Source: Auanema rhodensis (Eukaryota > Animalia > Nematoda). From it: 64,000 bases of DNA. The stretch's first letter is position 1. Each line of letters starts with the position of its first letter. A program made the translations under genes and the position numbers. This document shows positions 57,937 through 64,000 of this stretch, one piece after another. The DNA is taken from positions 12,834,001 through 12,898,000 of the forward strand of contig OZ059897.1 of the NCBI GenBank assembly GCA_964057225.1. The letters are read 5' to 3'. Under the pieces are notes generated by a model. It did no database searches. It was not told the origin of the DNA and saw only the letters and a list, made by a program, of their open reading frames with translations.

Positions 57937-59421
57937 ATGTCCAACACAAATGCTTTAACTGATTCTATTATCTTTAGAGGAGTCATAGTACTGCCAGTAA
58001 GTCTTTATTTCCTCATTTCTTCAGTATTAACTTATAGTTTCTCTTATCCAATGAATATTATAGATATGCTTTTGTGGTTGTCTAATAAATGGGCTTTCAG
58101 CTTATATCATGTATACGCATAGTTCATTTCAGTTAGTTTAATCAATTAGGTTTTCTTAATTTTAAAAAATATTTAGAAATCCTTTTGGACAGTTACAAGG
58201 CCTTAACTCCCTAAGTGATTCGTCAACGTCATTTTTGGTAATGATATGGATTATTATTAATATAGCATCGTAAATATCATATAATATTATATAATAATTA
58301 TAATAAAATAATTTTAAGCGGAAAAAATGCTGTTCATTGGAGATTTATTAATGAAAGAATTGGACAGTATAGCTTGGGATTTTTCGAATGTTCAATTTTT
58401 TGTGCTTTTGCATTAGCACTTACTAGGTTTTTTTTTAAAAATTTGATCATTTAAAACAATTTATTTTCAGATTTATTGCTATAACTTTTCCATTGTTTTA
58501 TCGAGGCAATAGGATGATGCAAATAACTAGAATCCTCAAATATAGTATTATAATATTTACTTTAACATATACTATGATGTACTATATTCGTAAGTTTTAA
58601 AAATTATAATTGAAAATCAATCTAAAAAACATTTTCGGCCACCGCTTTAAAAGGTTGGAAGAAAGTACAATACTACTAATAAATATTTGATTATAACTTT
58701 ATATTGAATATAACTAATTTTTAAATAAACAGATGTAGCTATATAAGAAATTTTATTTCACAAATTACAGCTGGATGTTCATTTGCTGTTGATGAGAATA
58801 TACTTGTCTATACCTTCAGTTCAACACCATGTGGAGAATTTATTAGTTTTTATATTGATTACTGTGCTACTCTTCTTATACATGGTATAGCGGCTGTTAT
58901 AAACTTAGCAACTTATATATCAATTCGATCGAAAAGCATGGTCAACTTGTGTCAACCAAAACCACAAAGTTTTAACTATGTTATTTAGGGTCCTAACGCA
59001 GTTGTCGCAACTAATAATTTGGGGAAAAGGAGAAAACGTGAAATTAAGTTTTATCTTCAGGTTTGTCAATACGCTAAGTTTTAATAAAACTTTTGATAAA
59101 TACAAAAAAAAATTATTTTCAGACTGTTGTACATATGTTGTTGACTTTAACTCTCCAAACAATTTTTCATATTTCCTCATATTTTGAATTCACAGGACTC
59201 TTACTGTTTCTGTTAAGTACTGGAATCTGGATGTTAATACTTATGCTTCAAGGGTAGTTTTGTCTCATTCAGTTTGGAGAAAATATAATATATACTTTTA
59301 CAGATGTGTAGTATTTCTAATGAATCCCGAAATCTTGTCTCATTGCAATTTTTTCCTGCGTTTAAGTGGTCCGTCCCCCGTACTTTCATTAACAAGTGGT
59401 ATATCAATGTTGCGGTGTTAA
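57937..59421 (+). CDS. Srx-class chemoreceptor, copy A
   Basis: Spliced: IIFRGVIVLP|ICFCGCLINGLSAY..NPFGQLQG..GCSFAVDE..TPCGEFISFYIDYC..REIKFYLQ..FLMNPEI. Confidence 0.78.
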
Positions 59422-61006
59422 ACTTAAAGTAAATTTAGAATAAAATAACAATGGAACAAATACTGGTGAATATCACTCTTGTAAGCCATATCTATTATGC
59501 TTGAACATATATGGAGTATATTATTTTCCATATTGCAATTGCAATTAAAATTATACTTATATTTTCATTTACAAACATTCTGTTATATTTTTAGTAAATA
59601 TTGTTGCATTATAAGTGTAAAGTAATTGCAAAATAACAGTTCGGTGAGAACAAAATTTTACAAAAATTATATTTTTGTAACTCTTTTCTTGCAAAAAATT
59701 ATTAAACTACGATCAGCTAAAAAGACGAAACAGTCTGGACGTGAGATCAATAACTTCCAGTTTGGGGGGGGGGGACTATTTACCTATAAAAACAATATCG
59801 TCTGAGCTGAAGCGACAAGATAAACTAAGAAAAATTATATAGTTCAAATTAATTAACGATGAGGCTGCCCGACGCCGTCTGATTAATCTCGCCATCTTTC
59901 CAACTCTAATAATTCAATCCTGCAAATCAGTACAATCGCGCAAAAAATAGCATTCAAAGAAAAGTAACAGCTAATACAAGCTTCTCTAATATAAGATGAA
60001 AATAATCCTCATGAACTAAATTTTCATTTTTTTAATATCAAAATTGAAATCAAAGACCATTTTCAAGGGAAGAAAAAATAGAAAAATTGATCAAAACAAT
60101 ATATGAGCTGGTTATCAATTATCCAAAAGTAACCTTGCTTTCGGTTTGTTTTTCGAAAGAGGATATGGATTCAGATATTATTCGCAATTGTAGCTATGAA
60201 TTAATGTTTTGTTTGTTTTCCTTATATTTTCAACGTTTTTTTCAATGATGAATGAATAGAACATGTGAAAATCTTCTCAAACATTTCTAGATAGTACCAA
60301 ATAGTAAAGATATAAGAAAGATTATTAAAGGATCAATTATCCAATAGACAAAATAAAAATTTTTTTTTCAAGTAAACAGGCTATCATTCTTATTGCTCAA
60401 AAGTATTTCATTCAGGATGAAGGATGAAAATCCCATTATGAAGAAAATCAGAGGAATAAGGTTAATGCTTCAAATTCTTCCACATATGCAACGGGTTCAA
60501 GAGAACTACGTCAACTACACACGTTTTTTATGTTTTTTTTTCAGTCAATTTTAGAAACTATTGAAACATTTGATCCGCTTTTATTTATTTTTTTCACCGA
60601 AAATATAAAAAATTCAAATCTTCGTTATGTTAATTCATTTTTCAGATCTGAATAAGAATAATGGCATCGTAGAGATCCACGCATAATAAAATTAAGTTCA
60701 TGATAGTTCATTTCATATAAATTACTTATCCAATTAATGATTATAAAATAACTAAATAGCAAGTACAAACTAAACTAAACTAGATTCAAAATTAATTTCT
60801 TAATACCTATGGTAGGAACAACTTCATAAACATACTAATATACAAAGATAATTTAATAAATATACATGTCTACATGTGCGATGAAAGTCGGACGCTAGTT
60901 AGAAATTCTTATATCATTTCAAACAAACTTATTAAAATACAGAAAAAAATATTTTAAGTGTTAAAAAACGATAATTAATTCAGAAAGAATTTAAAATAAT
61001 CAAAAA

Positions 61007-62292
61007 ATCATGTTTAAAAGTATTTTCTGAAGTCTCCGAAAATTTTATAAACTGCTTGAAGTCTTCTTTCATGAATTTCATGAGTTTCATCAAAACTTCA
61101 GATATAATCTCTTGATACAGTGTTTGGAGTACACTAAACATCTATTTTTCTTTTTAATGAAGGAATTTGGTTATACGTTAATCAAGTTCTCTTCATAGAT
61201 ATTCAGTAAGATTCAGATGCTGAAGCTTACTTGTTTGAAGCTGATTAGGAAAAAACTTAGTTATTGCTCGAGCTTTGTGCTTAGATTCATTTTAAAATGT
61301 TTGTAATACATTAATATGTTGTTAATATTTAAATTTTGTTGCATCAAAAATGGTTATTCAAAATAGCCAAAAAAACACTATGGCGCTGGTATTGTTTCGC
61401 CCACCCCCCCCCTAATAATCAGAGAGTTAACATTAGAGCGCGCTTATAACATTTTGGGCACACACCAGCTTTGCATAAACTAGCGGGAGTGCTCTATCCC
61501 AGATCCGGGGGGTCTGGGGGGGGTATCCCCCCCCAGATAGAGAGAGCTTCAACAAAATTTAAAAGTATTAAAAGTATCAGAGAGAGCACTCCCACTCGCA
61601 GAAACGATACCAGCCCAACACTATATTTCCATAAATTGAGGAATTTTATTTAAATCAGTTTTTATTTAATTTAAATATATTTTAATTGAATATATACTAT
61701 ATGATCTAGCAAAACTTATGAAATTGAAAAAAATTTTTTTTTGTAGTTTGGAGGTGTTTTCTGGAGAATCTAACATAGGGGTGTGCAACCTTCATCGCAC
61801 AGGTACATGTATGATGAAAATTGAAAGCTAGTTTGAAATTCTTAAATCATCTCAAACAAACTTACAAAGATCCAAAACAAAAAAAGCATTTTGAGTTGAA
61901 AAAACTGTGTTGAATTGAGAAAATGTTTTTTTTTAATTAATCATGTTTAAAAGTATTTTGCCCGAAATCATCAGTAACTTCTTAAAGTTCATGATAGCCC
62001 AAGACTTCAGGCCATATAATTCTCCCAGTTTGTATGGAATACACGAAGTTTTTCATTTTTAAACAGAAAATTTTGGTTACAAGTTTACAAAGCTCTCTTC
62101 ATAGATATTCAAAGGAATTCAGATATGGAAACTGATTTGCCTGCTTAAAACATTCAAGCTATGCTCTAGGAGAAACGTAGCTGTTAATCTAGCTGTGTGC
62201 TTAGTATCGTTATTTTGCTAATGAATGAACTTGGCTCTCGTCTTAAACTTTGTTACAGCAAACATGGTTATTCAAAATAGTCAAAAAACATT
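61007..62292 (+). repeat. Two diverged ~360-nt direct repeat copies (61007-61380 and 61939-62292)
   Basis: Shared blocks ATCATGTTTAAAAGTATTTT, CTCTTCATAGATATTCA, TGTGCTTAG and ATGGTTATTCAAAATAG. Confidence 0.75.
61382..61616. mobile_element. MITE with 8-bp target-site duplication (Merlin-like)
   Basis: TSD AACACTAT at 61374-61381 and 61617-61624; imperfect TIRs GGCGCTGGTATTGTTTC / GAAACGATACCAGCCC; internal GC palindromes. Confidence 0.75.
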
Positions 62293-62912
62293 ATTAAATA
62301 CATTTTTATTAAAAACTCAGTTTTTATTACATTAAGAAGAATAAAAAAGCGGCTTCTGAGCCTTTTTAAAGACGACTATCAGATTTTCATCGCACATGAC
62401 TGTTTTTTATGTATTATATATCTTTGAGGATATTCATAAAGATATATGTCTGTATCAATAAAATAGACTTCTCTTCTTGTTTTCGACTTAATCATGTCTT
62501 AGACAATGAGATATGCTAATTTCACGTTATTTTATTCGTGCGTGAGGTATAGAACTATTGTAGATACTTGTCTTAAAAGGCAGACAAAATTATTATTATC
62601 TATTAATTCAACTATATAGTCAAAGAACAACAACTACTTGAATTTTAAATGAGTTCTGTTAAAACATGTCTTAATAAACAATAATTCTCCATCCTTTTAA
62701 GAACCATTTCTTATAGGATTTTTAATTATATGTACTGATATGTTCTTTTTCATTTTTTTTAGATGAAACTTGATGTATTGGTACAAATTATTGTATTGAA
62801 ATACAATTTTATAAAACGGTCAATATACTTTATACCAGAAAGTAGACATTTCAACACTTTCACTTTCGAAATATTTCTGTTATTTTCTTTACACATATTT
62901 AAAATTCAAAGT

Positions 62913-64000
62913 ATGTCCAACACAAATGCTTTAACTGATTCTATTATCTTTAGAGGATTCATAGTACTGCCAGTAAGTCTTTATTTCCTCATTTCTTCAG
63001 TATTAACTTATAGTTTCTCTTATCCAATGAATATTATAGATATGCTTTTGTGGTTGTCTAATAAATGGGCTTTCAGCTTATATCATGTATACGCATAGTT
63101 CATTTCGGTTAATTTAATCAATTAGGTTTTCTTAATTTTAAAAACAAAATATTTAGAAATCCTTTTGGACAGTTACAAGGCCTTATGTCTTTCAGTGATT
63201 CGTCATCATCATTTTTGGTAATGATATGGATTATTATTAATATAGCATCGTAAATATCATATAATATTATATAATAATTATAATAAAATAATTTTAAGCG
63301 GAAAAAATGCTGTTCATTGGAGATTTATTAATGAAAGAATTGGACAGTATAGCTTGGGATTTTTCGAATGTTCAATTTTTTGTGCTTTTGCATTAGCACT
63401 TACTAGGTTTTTTTTTAAAAATTTGATCATTTAAAACAATTTATTTTCAGATTTATTGCTATAACTTTTCCATTGTTTTATCGAGGCAATAGGATGATGC
63501 AAATAACTAGAATCCTCAAATATAGTATTATAATATTTACTTTAACATATACTATGATGTACTATATTCGTAAGTTTTAAAAATTATAATTGAAAATCAA
63601 TCTAAAAAACATTTTCGGCCACCGCTTTAAAAGGTTGGAAGAAAGTACAATACTACTAATAAATATTTGATTATAACTTTATATTGAATATAACTAATTT
63701 TTAAATAAACAGATGTAGCTATATAAGAAATTTTATTTCACAAATTACAGCTGGATGTTCATTTGCTGTTGATGAGAATATACTTGTCTATACCTTCAGT
63801 TCAACACCATGTGGAGAATTTATTAGTTTTTATATTGATTACTGTGCTACTCTTCTTATACATGGTATAGCGGCTGTTATAAACTTAGCAACTTATATAT
63901 CAATTCGATCGAAAAGCATGGTAAACTTGTGTCAACCAAAACCACAAAGTTTTAACTATGTTATTTAGGGTCCTAACGCAGTTGTCGCAACTTGTAATTC
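62913..64000 (+). CDS. Srx-class chemoreceptor, copy B (runs off the window)
   Basis: Near-identical to 57937-59012 at an offset of ~4980 nt. Confidence 0.78.

Noticed and set aside
57937-58230. Premature stops suggesting srx copy A is a pseudogene
   Set aside because: The stops fall in introns or wrong frames; the spliced frame is open in both copies

Overview
AT-rich eukaryotic DNA with many ~40-50 nt introns and TTTCAG/TTTTAG acceptors, most consistent with a nematode (rhabditid-like) chromosome. From left to right it contains: the decayed end of a Maverick/Polinton (pPolB and adenain protease remnants plus an ACTACT terminus); an srx chemoreceptor; tiar-1 (TIA-1) with probable poison cassette exons; a double-RING-CH membrane gene beside a marc-3-like E3 ligase; two tandem gustatory-receptor genes; an srg/srv-like GPCR; a sco-1/gtf-2F1 operon-like pair with a histidine-phosphatase gene nested antisense in a gtf-2F1 intron; a mir-57 (miR-10 family) hairpin with an upstream GC-rich, Hox-site-bearing micro-ORF; a GILT-like gene with two alternative N-termini; an sre GPCR; mes-2/E(z); flp-4; a pgp-14-like P-glycoprotein; and a near-identical tandem srx duplication separated by nested MITE-like repeats. 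All gene models were spliced by eye, so exon boundaries are approximate. Orthology calls rest on remembered motifs, not on database searches.
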